Of a stretch of 64,000 nt of DNA, positions 39,330-49,210 are shown piece after piece; within the stretch, counting starts at the first letter, position 1, and each line of letters begins with the position of its first letter. This DNA comes from Abditibacterium sp. GTDB lineage: Bacteria; Armatimonadota; Abditibacteriia; Abditibacteriales; Abditibacteriaceae. The notes under the pieces are model-generated. The model saw only the letters and a program-made list of their open reading frames with translations. It searched no databases and was not told the origin of the DNA. The stretch lies in contig OZ251992.1 in the NCBI GenBank assembly GCA_965246885.1, forward strand, positions 1,728,001 to 1,792,000, in the 5' to 3' direction. Position numbers and translations under genes: made by a program.

Positions 39330-40532
39330 TCAGGTGTGGTATTCGGCGTTGATGCGGACGTAGTCGTAGGAGAAGTCGCACGTCCACGCCGTCCATTTGG
39401 CGGCGCCTTCGCCGAGTTGCAGGCGGATGAAGACGTCGGTGCCTGCCAGTTGGCTTGCGGCGAAAGTGTGGTCGAAGGCGACGGGTTCGCCGAGGTGGAA
39501 GAGTTCGACTTCGCCGAGCGAAAAGGATAACCGAGCGGCGTCAAAGGCGACGCCCGCTTTGCCTGCTGCCATTGCGATGCGGCCCCAGTTCGGGTCGCGC
39601 CCGAAGATGGCGCACTTCACGAGCGGTGAATTGGCGATGGAAAGGGCGATCTGCCGCGCGTCGGCTTCTGTCGGTGCCCCCGCGACTTCGATGTGAATCA
39701 GCCGCGTTGCGCCCTCGCCGTCGCGGGCGATTTTTTTGGCTAACTCCACGCAAACGGCATCGAGCAAGGTGGCGAACTGCGCCTCGTTGTCGTCGGTGAT
39801 TGCGACGCCCGAAGCGCCCGACGCGAGCAGAATCGCGGTGTCGTTGGTGGACATATCGCCGTCCACCGTCACCGAGTTGAACGAGCGTGCGACCGCCGCT
39901 TCGAGGAGCCGTTGCAAACGCGGTGTTTCGATGCGCGCGTCGGTCGTCAAAAAAGCGAGCAGGGTGGCATGAAGCGAGAGCGGCGCCATGTTCGGCCCGA
40001 TCATCCCGACGCCTTTGCATTGCCCGCCTACTGTCACCTCTGCGCCGCCAATTTTAAGCGTGGCGGCGGCGAATTTCGGCACCAAGTCCGTCGTCATAAA
40101 AGCGCGCGCCGCGTCTTCGTCGCTCGCGTCCAACGTCATCGCGCCAAGTGCCGCCTCGATTTTGCCCATCGGCAGGGCGTGCCCGATAATGCCCGTTGAG
40201 CAAACCAAAACCTCGCGCGCATCCAAGCCCAACTTCGCGCCCGCCAACTCGCACATCCGTAGCGCGTTCTTCACTCCCGCCTCGCCAGTGCAGCAGTTCG
40301 CGTTGCCCGCGTTGACGACAACCGCCCGCGCCCCGCCGAGCGCCAAGTTCTCGGCGGACACAAGCACCGGCGCCGCCTTGACCTGCGAAGTCGTGAACAC
40401 GGCGGCGGCAGTCGCGCCCGCGTCCGCGACGAGCAGAGCGACATCCAATCCCTCCGTCTTAATGCCCGCCCGCGCCGCCCCGACGCGAAAACCCTTGGGA
40501 GCGGTAACGCCGCGCCCTTCTAAGAATTGCAT
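39330..40532 (-). CDS. argJ: Ornithine acetyltransferase / N-acetylglutamate synthase
   Basis: NAGNANCCTG, STGIIG, MTTD, KG.GMI.PNM, ATLL, VDGDMSTND, DGEGAT, YVRINAEYHT. Confidence 0.96.
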   Translation of the reverse strand: MQFLEGRGVTAPKGFRVGAARAGIKTEGLDVALLVADAGATAAAVFTTSQVKAAPVLVSAENLALGGARAVVVNAGNANCCTGEAGVKNALRMCELAGAKLGLDAREVLVCSTGIIGHALPMGKIEAALGAMTLDASDEDAARAFMTTDLVPKFAAATLKIGGAEVTVGGQCKGVGMIGPNMAPLSLHATLLAFLTTDARIETPRLQRLLEAAVARSFNSVTVDGDMSTNDTAILLASGASGVAITDDNEAQFATLLDAVCVELAKKIARDGEGATRLIHIEVAGAPTEADARQIALSIANSPLVKCAIFGRDPNWGRIAMAAGKAGVAFDAARLSFSLGEVELFHLGEPVAFDHTFAASQLAGTDVFIRLQLGEGAAKWTAWTCDFSYDYVRINAEYHT

Positions 40533-40539
40533 GGGAAGA

Positions 40540-40619
40540 TTATAGGCCACAGATGAACACGGATGGACACGATAAGAACCCAAAAAACATCGGTGTCCTC
40601 CGTGTGCATCTGTGGCTAA
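40540..40619. repeat. Palindromic element related to 15230-15331, ending in the argJ -10 box
   Basis: ttataggccacagatgaacacggatggacac...gtgtcctccgtgtgcatctgtggctaa; minus-strand TATAAT at 40544-40539. Confidence 0.85.
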
Positions 40620-41569
40620 GACAACTGCTCCGCCCAATACTTCGTCGTCGCGCCTTTGACGATGGCGAAGATGGCGGTTTGGGCGGCGATGTCAGCGGGG
40701 TGGATTTTGGAAAGATCGGGGATAACCTCGAACAAGCGCCCGACGAAAGAGAAGTGGTTGGCGCCGGGGATGACGCGCGTTTCGATGAGGTCGGGCGGCG
40801 CGCACGCGACTTCGCGCAGTTTGGCGCGGTAGTCTTCGCCCCAGACGGTCTTGTCGCGCTCGCCGGTGACAAGGAGCATCGGGGTTTCGAGGCCGCGCCA
40901 CACTCCCTTGGGTTGCGCGAGGACGCCGCCTTCGCTCGACAGATTCACGATGGCTTTGACCCGCTCGTCGCGGGCGCCGAACGATTCGCCGCGCGCCCGG
41001 AACTTGACGCCGCCCAGCAAACACGCGACGTGCCCGCCGAACGAGTAGCCGCCGACGCCGATGCGCGCCGGGTCGAGGCGCCCGTCGAAATCGCCGACTT
41101 CATCCAACAGCCCGCTCATGTCCACGCAGCGCGCGCGCCAAGGGCGCGGCTCGCACAGCGCGAGTCCCCACACGTCCCACGTCGTGCGCTGTTGGGCGGG
41201 AACGACGTGACCCGCCGCCTCGAAGTGCCGCGAAAAAGCGTCGGCGTGCTTGGGCTGCAACACGACGAAGCCATGCGATGCCCAATGCCGCGCGAGCAAG
41301 AAGTAGCCCGTCCCGTCGTCGCCGCCGCCACCCGAAAACAACACGGCAGGGCGCCCGCGAAGCGGCTCGCCGCCCTCATCAAGGGGGAAGGTCGCACGGA
41401 AATGCGGGTGGTTCTCCTCGCCGTAAGCGTAAGTCCCCACGTCCGCGAAGGGGCGCAGGTCGGCGGGCACGTCTTGAAGCGGCGCCTCGAAGCGGTTCAT
41501 CTCGCGCGAAAAGCGCGCCAAGTTCCAAAGGATGCGAACGGTCTGCGACCATTCATACGGGCCTAACAT
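40616..41569 (-). CDS. Alpha/beta hydrolase
   Basis: HWASHGFVV, RIGVGGYSFGG nucleophile elbow, VTGERD, GANHFSF. Confidence 0.85.
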   Translation of the reverse strand: MLGPYEWSQTVRILWNLARFSREMNRFEAPLQDVPADLRPFADVGTYAYGEENHPHFRATFPLDEGGEPLRGRPAVLFSGGGGDDGTGYFLLARHWASHGFVVLQPKHADAFSRHFEAAGHVVPAQQRTTWDVWGLALCEPRPWRARCVDMSGLLDEVGDFDGRLDPARIGVGGYSFGGHVACLLGGVKFRARGESFGARDERVKAIVNLSSEGGVLAQPKGVWRGLETPMLLVTGERDKTVWGEDYRAKLREVACAPPDLIETRVIPGANHFSFVGRLFEVIPDLSKIHPADIAAQTAIFAIVKGATTKYWAEQLS

Positions 41570-41617
41570 GAGCGGGAAAGTGTAGGGGCTGGGCTTCCCT
41601 TTAAACTGCCGCGCCAG

Positions 41618-44116
41618 ATGCAGAAAATCCCCTTGCCCGCCGCTTGGACAGTCCGAGCCGTTTCCAACCCCGAAGAAGTCCCCGCCGAAATCGCCAACCG
41701 TGCCATCCCCGCCACCGTTCCCGGCTGCGTCCATCTCGACTTATTGCGCGAGAACCTCATCCCCGACCCGTATCTCGACCGCAACGAGGCGCTCGTCGCG
41801 TGGATTGGGCGCACCGATTGGGAATACACCACGACGTTTAGCGTTCCCGCCGAAGCGTTGGAAGAGGAGCGCGTGGATTTGGTGTGCGAGGGGTTGGACA
41901 CCGTTGCCACGATCTACGTGAACGGCGTCGAAGTCGGGCGGAGCGAGAATATGCACGTCGAAAGCCGCTTCGAGGCCAAGGCTGCGCTTCGTGCGGGCGA
42001 CAACGAACTCCGCATCGTCTTCGCGTCGCCGATTCATTACGCGCGCCAAATGCGCGACCGCTTGGGCGATTTGCCGCACGCCAACTCCTATCCCGACTGC
42101 GAGCCGTTCCATTTCATCCGCAAAAACGCGAGCAACTTCGGCTGGGATTGGGGGCCAGCCCTCACGACAAGCGGCATTTGGAAAGCCATTCGCCTCGAAG
42201 CGTGGAGCGTCGCGCGCATCAAGTCCGTGCGCCCCTTGGTGCGCGTGGCGAATGAGAAAGTGGCAGTAGTGGATGTGGAAGTGGAGTTTGAAAGGACGGA
42301 TAGAGGCATGACAAACATTAGCCTTCTCCTGCGCGACGATAAAACTTTTTATGTGGAATACGAGAAGGATGCCTTCCACAACGGCGACCTTTTGATAGTT
42401 CCTGTTTTAATCCAAAATCCCTCCCTTTGGAACCCGCGCGGCTATGGAGAGGCGAAACGCTATGTGTTGGATGTGCATATCTACGGCATATTAGAAGAAG
42501 CCGCTTTGGAGTTCGATTTCTCGCGTGCATTAATCGGACTCCGCGAGGTTGAGTTGGACACTTCCCCCGACGACATTGGGGCGAAGTGGGACATCAAAGT
42601 GAACGGGCAGAAGATATGGTGTAAGGGCGCGAACTGGATTCCCGATGATGTGTTTTTGACGCGGGCGAGTGAGCCGGAGCGGTTGCGCGCGCGGTTGGAG
42701 CAAGCGTGCGCGATGGGGATGAACATGATTCGCGTGTGGGGCGGCGGCATCTACGAAACCGACGAGTTCTATGGGTTGTGCGACGAGTTGGGATTGCTGG
42801 TGTGGCAGGACTTCCCCTTCGCGTGCGCGGCCTATTCCGAAGAATCGCCGCTGCGCGAGTTGGTCGTCGAAGAAGCGCGGCAGAACGTCGCGCGGCTCGC
42901 CAAGCACCCGTCGCTCGTGTTGTGGAACGGCTGCAACGAGAACTTGTGGGGCTGGTTCGATTGGAAGTGGCAGGAGGAAGTCGGGGCGCGAACGTGGGGC
43001 GCCGGGTATTACTTCGACATCCTGCCCGCCATTGTCGCGGAGCTTGACCCGACGCGGCCTTATTATCCGGGCAGCCCGTTTTCGGGTACGATGGACATCC
43101 ACCCCAACGCCGACGCTTTCGGCCCCAAGCATATGTGGGACACATGGAACGAGGTCAGCCACACCCACTTCCGCCGCTACTCGCCGCGCTTCGCATCGGA
43201 GTTCGGCCACCAAGCGCCGCCGACGTTCGCCACCCTCGCCCGCGCCATTCCTGAGGGCGAGCGCGACCCGTTCTCCGCCGCGATGCTCGCGCACCAAAAG
43301 GCGGGCGACGGCAACGCCAAGCTGCACGCGCGTTTATCCGAGTGGTTCGACATCCCGTCCGATTTCGACGACTGGCTGTTCCTCACGCAACTCGTCCAAG
43401 CCCGCGCCATGACCACCGCCGTCGAGTGGTTCCGCACGCGCGCCAGTTGCTCCGGCGCGCTGTTTTGGCAACTCAACGACTGCTGGCCCGTGACTTCATG
43501 GGCCGCCATAGACGGCGACGGACGCCCCAAGCCCCTCTTCTACGCCGCCAAACAGTTCTTCCGCGAGCGGCTTTTGACCATCCAACCGGACGGCGAACAT
43601 CTCGCGCTGTGGGCGCATAATGATGGGGAGTGGCCTTGGTTTTTGAACATCAACGTTTACTCTCACAATATGGACGACGGCATTGAGGACTACGTGGGGT
43701 TCTCTGAGATTTGCCCCGCCCGCACGCTTCTAAAACTGGGAGTGCTTAAGGGTTGGACGAAGCGCGAAGACGTAGCTTACATCCGCGCGGCGGACTTCGA
43801 CCGCGCCATTCAAAAAACGATAAACACCGCCTTTTGGTTCTTCGACGCCGACAAGAACCTTGCCTACCCCGAACCGAAGTTCGAGGCGACGCTCGACGGA
43901 AACACGCTGACAATAGAGGCGCAAACGCTCCTCCGCGACTTGTATCTGAACGCCGACCGCATCGGCGGGACGGTGCGCGAGAACCTCGTAACGCTGCTTC
44001 CGGGCGAAACGTGGTCGGTGGACATCAAGGGCGTGGCGCCGGAGGCGCTTGACCTCGCGGCGCTCACGTCGCGGCCTATTTTGAACTGCGCGAACTGGTT
44101 CGGGAAGGGGGTTTAA
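41618..44116 (+). CDS. Glycoside hydrolase family 2, beta-mannosidase-like
   Basis: ATVPGCVH.DL, GLDTVA, FGWDWGP, KGANWIP, RVWGGGIYE, WQDF.FAC, WNGCNE, SEFG, WQLNDCWP. Confidence 0.93.
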   Translation: MQKIPLPAAWTVRAVSNPEEVPAEIANRAIPATVPGCVHLDLLRENLIPDPYLDRNEALVAWIGRTDWEYTTTFSVPAEALEEERVDLVCEGLDTVATIYVNGVEVGRSENMHVESRFEAKAALRAGDNELRIVFASPIHYARQMRDRLGDLPHANSYPDCEPFHFIRKNASNFGWDWGPALTTSGIWKAIRLEAWSVARIKSVRPLVRVANEKVAVVDVEVEFERTDRGMTNISLLLRDDKTFYVEYEKDAFHNGDLLIVPVLIQNPSLWNPRGYGEAKRYVLDVHIYGILEEAALEFDFSRALIGLREVELDTSPDDIGAKWDIKVNGQKIWCKGANWIPDDVFLTRASEPERLRARLEQACAMGMNMIRVWGGGIYETDEFYGLCDELGLLVWQDFPFACAAYSEESPLRELVVEEARQNVARLAKHPSLVLWNGCNENLWGWFDWKWQEEVGARTWGAGYYFDILPAIVAELDPTRPYYPGSPFSGTMDIHPNADAFGPKHMWDTWNEVSHTHFRRYSPRFASEFGHQAPPTFATLARAIPEGERDPFSAAMLAHQKAGDGNAKLHARLSEWFDIPSDFDDWLFLTQLVQARAMTTAVEWFRTRASCSGALFWQLNDCWPVTSWAAIDGDGRPKPLFYAAKQFFRERLLTIQPDGEHLALWAHNDGEWPWFLNINVYSHNMDDGIEDYVGFSEICPARTLLKLGVLKGWTKREDVAYIRAADFDRAIQKTINTAFWFFDADKNLAYPEPKFEATLDGNTLTIEAQTLLRDLYLNADRIGGTVRENLVTLLPGETWSVDIKGVAPEALDLAALTSRPILNCANWFGKGV

Positions 44117-44125
44117 ACTCTGGTC

Positions 44126-44692
44126 ATGGCAACATTAACCGCGCTCGATCCGCTTGTCGAGGAACTGATGGAAGTTGAGGGTAAGGCGGAGATAGTGGAT
44201 GGGGAGATCAAACACCTTATGGCAACTGGAGGAAAACCCGGCCTCGCGGCCAAGCGCATTCTCTTGGCGCTCGCGTTCTACGAAGAGACGAGCGATGGCA
44301 TCGCCTTTGGCGACAACGTCGGCTTTTTGTGCGACTTGCCCAACCGTAAGTCTTTCTCACCGGATGCCGCCTTTTACGTGGGGCCGGAGCCGGAAATGGG
44401 CTTTCTTCCCGAACCCCCCGTCTTCGCCGTCGAAGTGCGGTCGGAGAACGACTACGGCCCTAAAGCCGAAGAGGAGATGGCCGCCAAGCGCGCGGACTAC
44501 TTCGCGGCGGGCACGCTCGTCGTGTGGGACGTGGATTTGGACAGGGATACAAAAGTCGTCGCCAAATATGTCGCGTCCGACCCAGACAAACCGCAGTTCT
44601 TCGGCAGGGCGGACGAAGCGGACGCCGAGCCTGCGGTTCCCGGTTGGAAGATGAAGGTTGCGGCCTTGTTTGCCCCGGTTCGGGCGCAATAA
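44126..44692 (+). CDS. Uma2-family endonuclease-like protein
   Basis: EIVDGEI, SPDAAF, P.FAVEVRS, KRADYFAAGT.VVWDVD. Confidence 0.88.
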   Translation: MATLTALDPLVEELMEVEGKAEIVDGEIKHLMATGGKPGLAAKRILLALAFYEETSDGIAFGDNVGFLCDLPNRKSFSPDAAFYVGPEPEMGFLPEPPVFAVEVRSENDYGPKAEEEMAAKRADYFAAGTLVVWDVDLDRDTKVVAKYVASDPDKPQFFGRADEADAEPAVPGWKMKVAALFAPVRAQ

Positions 44693-44721
44693 ATAAAATT
44701 GCGGGAAGAAACTCATGTAGT

Positions 44722-44736
44722 TGGCACCCGGCTTGC
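44722..44736 (+). promoter_or_regulatory. sigma54 (-24/-12) promoter
   Basis: TGGCACCCGGCTTGC = TGGCAC-N5-TTGC. Confidence 0.75.
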
Positions 44737-44811
44737 CTAAGAGACGGGACAGACGCGGCGCAGTTACCTTGCGCGCGGCGCCAAATTCTGGAGAACACAC
44801 ACAAACACATC

Positions 44812-45999
44812 ATGAGCGACATTCGTAACGACGAGAACGTGCAACACGGCATTGACGACAATGCACATGGCGATGCCGCCAAAGGCTTGGAACTGGGCGG
44901 TTTGGGCGGCGGCGCCGTTGGCGCCATTGCCGGATCGGTGCTTGGCCCGGTCGGAACCTTGGTAGGCGCCTTAATCGGCGGCTCGGTCGGCGCTGTCGCA
45001 TCCGGCGCGGCTGTTGCCGCCGTTGACAGTGTGGACAACGACAACACCGTTTCCGGCGTTGGCACCGGCGCCACACTCAAGGACGGCGAACACGTCGGCA
45101 CCACTTCAACTGGCTACGGCACCACGCCCAACGTTCACGCTGGCACCCCGTCCGGCGATTATGAGCGCGGCACCTATGTCGGCGGTTCGGATGTTTCCGG
45201 CACCGTTGGCGCGGGCGGTCACAACGTCGTCACCGGCGATGAAGCGCACACCGGCGCTGGCAAAGCGGGCTTGGCCGAAGGCGCCCTCGCTGGCGGCGTG
45301 TTAGGCGCGGCTTTGGGCGGCCCCGTTGGAGCCGTCGTCGGCGGCACGCTTGGCTCTTTGGCGGGTGGCGTTGCGGGTGACGCGACCGAAGCTACCGGCA
45401 CCGGAGTGGGCACCAGCACTTACGACACCACAACGGGTGGCTATGGCACCGGCGCAGGCATTCAAACTGGCACCACGCCCGACGTGCACGCTACCGACGA
45501 GCGCTACACCCAACTCACAAGCGGTGACTACGCCACACGCCCCTATGGCACTTACGAGGGCCGCAGCATTTCGCGCACCGATTACAACTCCTTGCCCGAA
45601 AACGACCGCATGAAGGTGCAGTTGGTCGAAGAGGAGCTTCACGTTGACAAAGAAGTGCGTCAAATCGGCGAAGTGCAAATCGGCAAGCGCATCGTGACCG
45701 AGCAGGTCAACGTCCCGGTCACTTTGGAGCGCGAGGAAGTCATCATCCACCGCCGCGACGTGTCCGGCGGCGCGGCTGGCACCATCGGCGCCGACCAAAC
45801 CATCGTTGTGCCCATCTCTGAAGAGTTCGCCCAAGTCACCAAAACCGCGCACGTCACCGGCGAGGTCGAAATCGAAAAGCGCATGACGAGCGAGCAAAAG
45901 ACCGTGTCCGACACCGTGCGCCGCGAGGAACTCGACCTCAACGAAGGCACGACGGGCCGCGTCACCGTCGAAGACGACACCCGTAACCGCAACATGTAA
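44812..45999 (+). CDS. YsnF/AvaK (DUF2382) domain protein with glycine-zipper repeats
   Basis: Two glycine zippers; C-terminal EEELHVDKE...GEV.I.KRIVTE...VPV...REEV...DTVRREEL. Confidence 0.85.
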   Translation: MSDIRNDENVQHGIDDNAHGDAAKGLELGGLGGGAVGAIAGSVLGPVGTLVGALIGGSVGAVASGAAVAAVDSVDNDNTVSGVGTGATLKDGEHVGTTSTGYGTTPNVHAGTPSGDYERGTYVGGSDVSGTVGAGGHNVVTGDEAHTGAGKAGLAEGALAGGVLGAALGGPVGAVVGGTLGSLAGGVAGDATEATGTGVGTSTYDTTTGGYGTGAGIQTGTTPDVHATDERYTQLTSGDYATRPYGTYEGRSISRTDYNSLPENDRMKVQLVEEELHVDKEVRQIGEVQIGKRIVTEQVNVPVTLEREEVIIHRRDVSGGAAGTIGADQTIVVPISEEFAQVTKTAHVTGEVEIEKRMTSEQKTVSDTVRREELDLNEGTTGRVTVEDDTRNRNM

Positions 46000-46014
46000 A
46001 TGTTGTTTGCAAAC

Positions 46015-46047
46015 AAAAACCGCCCGATACACATCGGGCGGTTTTTT
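46015..46047 (+). terminator. Intrinsic terminator
   Basis: aaaaaccgcccgat-acac-atcgggcggtttttt. Confidence 0.9.
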
Positions 46048-46064
46048 GTCTGACTCCACCCGGA

Positions 46065-46079
46065 TGGCACCCCTCTTGC
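46065..46079 (+). promoter_or_regulatory. sigma54 (-24/-12) promoter
   Basis: TGGCACCCCTCTTGC. Confidence 0.75.
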
Positions 46080-46149
46080 CCCTTTACGAGTCAGATGCAG
46101 CGCAGTTGTCTTTCGCGCCGCTTCAAACAAAGGAGAACACACAAACATC

Positions 46150-46446
46150 ATGGACAACATCAACGACGACGGCGTGCAACACGGCATTGACGATAACCCC
46201 AACGACGACGCCAAAAAGGGCCTCGAATTGGGCGGCTTGGGCGGCGGCGCGGTCGGCGCCATTGCGGGGTCGGCACTTGGCCCGCTCGGAACAATTGTTG
46301 GCGGCTTGATCGGCGGCTCGGTTGGCTCCGTCGCGTCGGGCGCGGCAGTGGACGCCGTTGACCAAGTGGACAACGACGACACCATCTCCGGCGTCGGCGA
46401 CGGTGTGACCCCCGATGATGACGGTGTGGCAAACCGCACCTTCTAA
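46150..46446 (+). CDS. Small glycine-zipper protein, paralog of the N-terminus of 44812-45999
   Basis: Shares VQHGIDDN..DA.KGLELGGLGGGAVGAIAGS.LGP.GT...VDND.T.SGVG; AAGGAG RBS. Confidence 0.85.
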   Translation: MDNINDDGVQHGIDDNPNDDAKKGLELGGLGGGAVGAIAGSALGPLGTIVGGLIGGSVGSVASGAAVDAVDQVDNDDTISGVGDGVTPDDDGVANRTF

Positions 46447-46530
46447 GAATTGTCCACCTCCGAAGCCGCTCGGCATCCGTCGGGCGGCTTTCTTGTTTTA
46501 GCCGGACGGCGAAGAGTCACCGCCTCCCGC

Positions 46531-46655
46531 CATTGGACGACAGACGTCTGTCGTGCAATGGCGGGAGGAAGTCTTCCAATTCGGGGAGGCGGCGACGCGA
46601 TGGCGGGAGCAATTCTTCCAATTCGGGGATGAATTCTTCGCGTGGCGGACGTCCG
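46531..46655. repeat. Degenerate 21-bp tandem array (42-bp higher-order unit)
   Basis: gcaatggcgggaggaagtctt ccaattcggggaggcggcgac gcgatggcgggagcaattctt ccaattcggggatgaattctt; cagacgtctgtcgt shared with the 14.4-kb array. Confidence 0.8.
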
Positions 46656-46722
46656 CCGTGCCGCAAGGGAAGGCGGTGAGCGGAAAATTTCCGTCTGATA
46701 GCGTCGCCGTTCATCCCAAACT

Positions 46723-47790
46723 ATGGACTCTTTCGACTCGCTGTACGGCTGTTTACTGGGCGGCGCCCTCGGCGATGCGTTGGGGTTGCCGTTCGAGCGA
46801 CTTACCCCTGCCAAGCGCACACGGCTGTGGGGCGATTTCCCCGGTGGGCTGGAAATGTGCTTTCTGCCGCGTCGGGGTATGGTGTCGGACGACACTGAGC
46901 ACGCGCTTTTTACGGCGCGAGCCTTACTCGAATCGCGCGGCACCTCCGAGCGCTTCGCGCGCGTCTTAGCTTCGGAGCTGCGCGCGTGGATGCTCACGCT
47001 TCCCCCCGGCATCGGGTGGGCTACGCTCCGCGCGGGCGTCAAAGCGCTGTTGTTCCTGCCCGCTTCCCGCACCGGCGTCGTGTCGGCGGGCAACGGCCCC
47101 GCCATGCGCGCGGCGATCTTGGGCGCCTTTTTCGGCGACGCGACGGCGCAGCTAAAGGAGTTCTGCCGCGTATCCACCCGCCTCACCCACACTGATCCCA
47201 AAGCCGAATGGGGCGCATTCGCCGTTGCCCTCGCCGCCTCGCATGCCACCAAAGGGCAGGCCGATGGGCGCCGCTTTGTGCGCGATTTGGGCGAATGGAG
47301 CGACGACTCCGAGGCCGCGCGCGAGATGATTGCCCTCGCCAAACGCGCCGTTAACTCCGCCGCTCGCGGCCAAAGCGCCGCCGACTTTTGCGCTGACATG
47401 GGCCTCAAACACGGCGTGAGCGGTTACATTTTCCACACTGTTCCCGTCGTGTTGCAATGCTGGCTTCGCCATGCCGCCGACTTCCGCGCGGGCATCGAGG
47501 AGATAATTAGGTGTGGCGGCGATACCGATTCCACCGCCGCCATCCTCGGTGGCATCCTTGGCGCGGGCGTTGGCGGCGCCCAGTTGCCCGCCGACTGGAC
47601 GAGCGAACTGCGCGACTTTCCCAACTCGCGCGGCTATATCGAGCGCGTCGCCAAGGAACTTGCGCTCGCCGGGGATGAAGGCGTCACCGTCGTCACGCCG
47701 CGCGCCCTGTTCGGCATGCCGCTTCTGCGCAACGCCTTCTTTGTGTCGGTGGTAATCGCTCACGCCCTACGGCGCTTAGTCCCGTTTTAA
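46723..47790 (+). CDS. ADP-ribosylglycohydrolase family protein
   Basis: GCLLGGALGDALG, SDDTE, GNGPAMR, TH.DP, GGDTDS. Confidence 0.92.
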   Translation: MDSFDSLYGCLLGGALGDALGLPFERLTPAKRTRLWGDFPGGLEMCFLPRRGMVSDDTEHALFTARALLESRGTSERFARVLASELRAWMLTLPPGIGWATLRAGVKALLFLPASRTGVVSAGNGPAMRAAILGAFFGDATAQLKEFCRVSTRLTHTDPKAEWGAFAVALAASHATKGQADGRRFVRDLGEWSDDSEAAREMIALAKRAVNSAARGQSAADFCADMGLKHGVSGYIFHTVPVVLQCWLRHAADFRAGIEEIIRCGGDTDSTAAILGGILGAGVGGAQLPADWTSELRDFPNSRGYIERVAKELALAGDEGVTVVTPRALFGMPLLRNAFFVSVVIAHALRRLVPF

Positions 47791-48267
47791 GCGAGTAGAC
47801 TTGAAAGCGTGCGAAGTGCGGGCAACAACCGCGTCCATCAAAGGGCGCTTGCCTTTAGGGAACTGCCAGAGGATAGAAGCGAAGCCGTCGCCTTGCGGGA
47901 CAGTTTTCTCGTAGAAGATCTCCCCGCCGGTAAAGCCCGACAGGACGTAAAACTGCGGTGTGTAGCGGGTGTATGTGACGCGAGCGTGGTCTTTGGCCCA
48001 CTCGCGGCGCGCGGCATCCATTTGTGCGCGCAATGTCCGGTTGAAGGCGTTGTTTTCGCCCCACGCGGACAATTTGAATTTGCCGTCGTCCGACTTCCAC
48101 ACCCGCCCGTCGCCGTTGTCGGCTTCGGGAAGCGGCGTCACCAAAGAAGTGGGGTAGAGGACGCGATAGCCAAAGCGGGCGTTCTCGTAGGTCGCGTAAC
48201 TCTCGCTTGCCAGCACGCCGCTTCCCGCGAAGAGGGCGACGGTTCCCAGCCAAACAGTCGGTTTCAT
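47776..48267 (-). CDS. Secreted hypothetical protein
   Basis: Signal peptide; Y.NARFGY...YP, DNGDG motifs. Confidence 0.75.
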   Translation of the reverse strand: MKPTVWLGTVALFAGSGVLASESYATYENARFGYRVLYPTSLVTPLPEADNGDGRVWKSDDGKFKLSAWGENNAFNRTLRAQMDAARREWAKDHARVTYTRYTPQFYVLSGFTGGEIFYEKTVPQGDGFASILWQFPKGKRPLMDAVVARTSHAFKSTRLKRD

Positions 48268-48310
48268 CGCGTCAGTTACAGTTCAATCTGTGGGCCAACA
48301 GCACCCCTCC

Positions 48311-49210
48311 ATGCCCAAAGCTGTTAAACCTTTATGCCTGACTAAAAGCAAAGATTGGCCGGTAGCGTTGGCGCTCTTCGTTGCGGTGGTATCTTGGGGC
48401 GCGGCGTGGGTTTCGATTCGGGTGGCGGTGCGCGATTTTTCGCCGGGACAACTGGCGTTGGGGCGTTATTTGGTCGCGTCGGCGGTGCTGTTGCCGCTTC
48501 TGCTGCGCAACCGCCCGTGCTTTGCACGGGACGACTGGGCGGCGATTGCGGTTTCAGGCATCTGTGGATTTTCGGGGTATAACCTGCTCTTGAACGCGGG
48601 GGAACAGACGATTTCGGCGGGCGCGGCGGCGCTGATTGGTTCGACGATTCCGGTGTTCGTGACGCTTGGCGCGGCACTGTTTTTCGGTGAACCGCTTTCC
48701 AAGCGGGCGCTGTGGGCGACGGGGATTTCGCTTGCAGGCATCGCGCTGTTGGCGCTGGGAGGCAAAGGGGGCGTGCGACTTTCGCCGGGCGCCCTACTGG
48801 TGTTGGGCGCAGCGTTGGGCGCGGCAGCGTATCAACTCATTCAGATACGCTTGCGCCCCCGCTACGGAGCGCTCGATTTGACGGCGGCTTCGATGCTGTG
48901 CGGAACAGTTGCGCTGGTGCCGTTTGGGGGCGGGTTGGTCGGCGCACTTCATCGGGCGCCGCTCGCCGCGACGGGGCATTTGGTGTTTTTGGGCGTGTTC
49001 CCCGGCGCGCTGGGCTACGTGCTGTGGAGCTTTGTATTGTCCAGACTGAGCGTGGCACGGGTGATGAGTTTTTTATTTTTGGTGGCGCCGTGCGCGGTGC
49101 TTTTGGGTTGGCTGGCGCTGGGAGAACTGCCAAGCGCGCCGCAACTGGCGGGCGGCGCTCTTGCCCTTGCAGGCGTAATATGGTGCCAGACCGAACGGAG
49201 TTCTTCATGA
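48311..49210 (+). CDS. DMT/EamA family transporter
   Basis: About 10 TM; SWG..WV.IR, LGE.P motifs. Confidence 0.88.
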   Translation: MPKAVKPLCLTKSKDWPVALALFVAVVSWGAAWVSIRVAVRDFSPGQLALGRYLVASAVLLPLLLRNRPCFARDDWAAIAVSGICGFSGYNLLLNAGEQTISAGAAALIGSTIPVFVTLGAALFFGEPLSKRALWATGISLAGIALLALGGKGGVRLSPGALLVLGAALGAAAYQLIQIRLRPRYGALDLTAASMLCGTVALVPFGGGLVGALHRAPLAATGHLVFLGVFPGALGYVLWSFVLSRLSVARVMSFLFLVAPCAVLLGWLALGELPSAPQLAGGALALAGVIWCQTERSSS

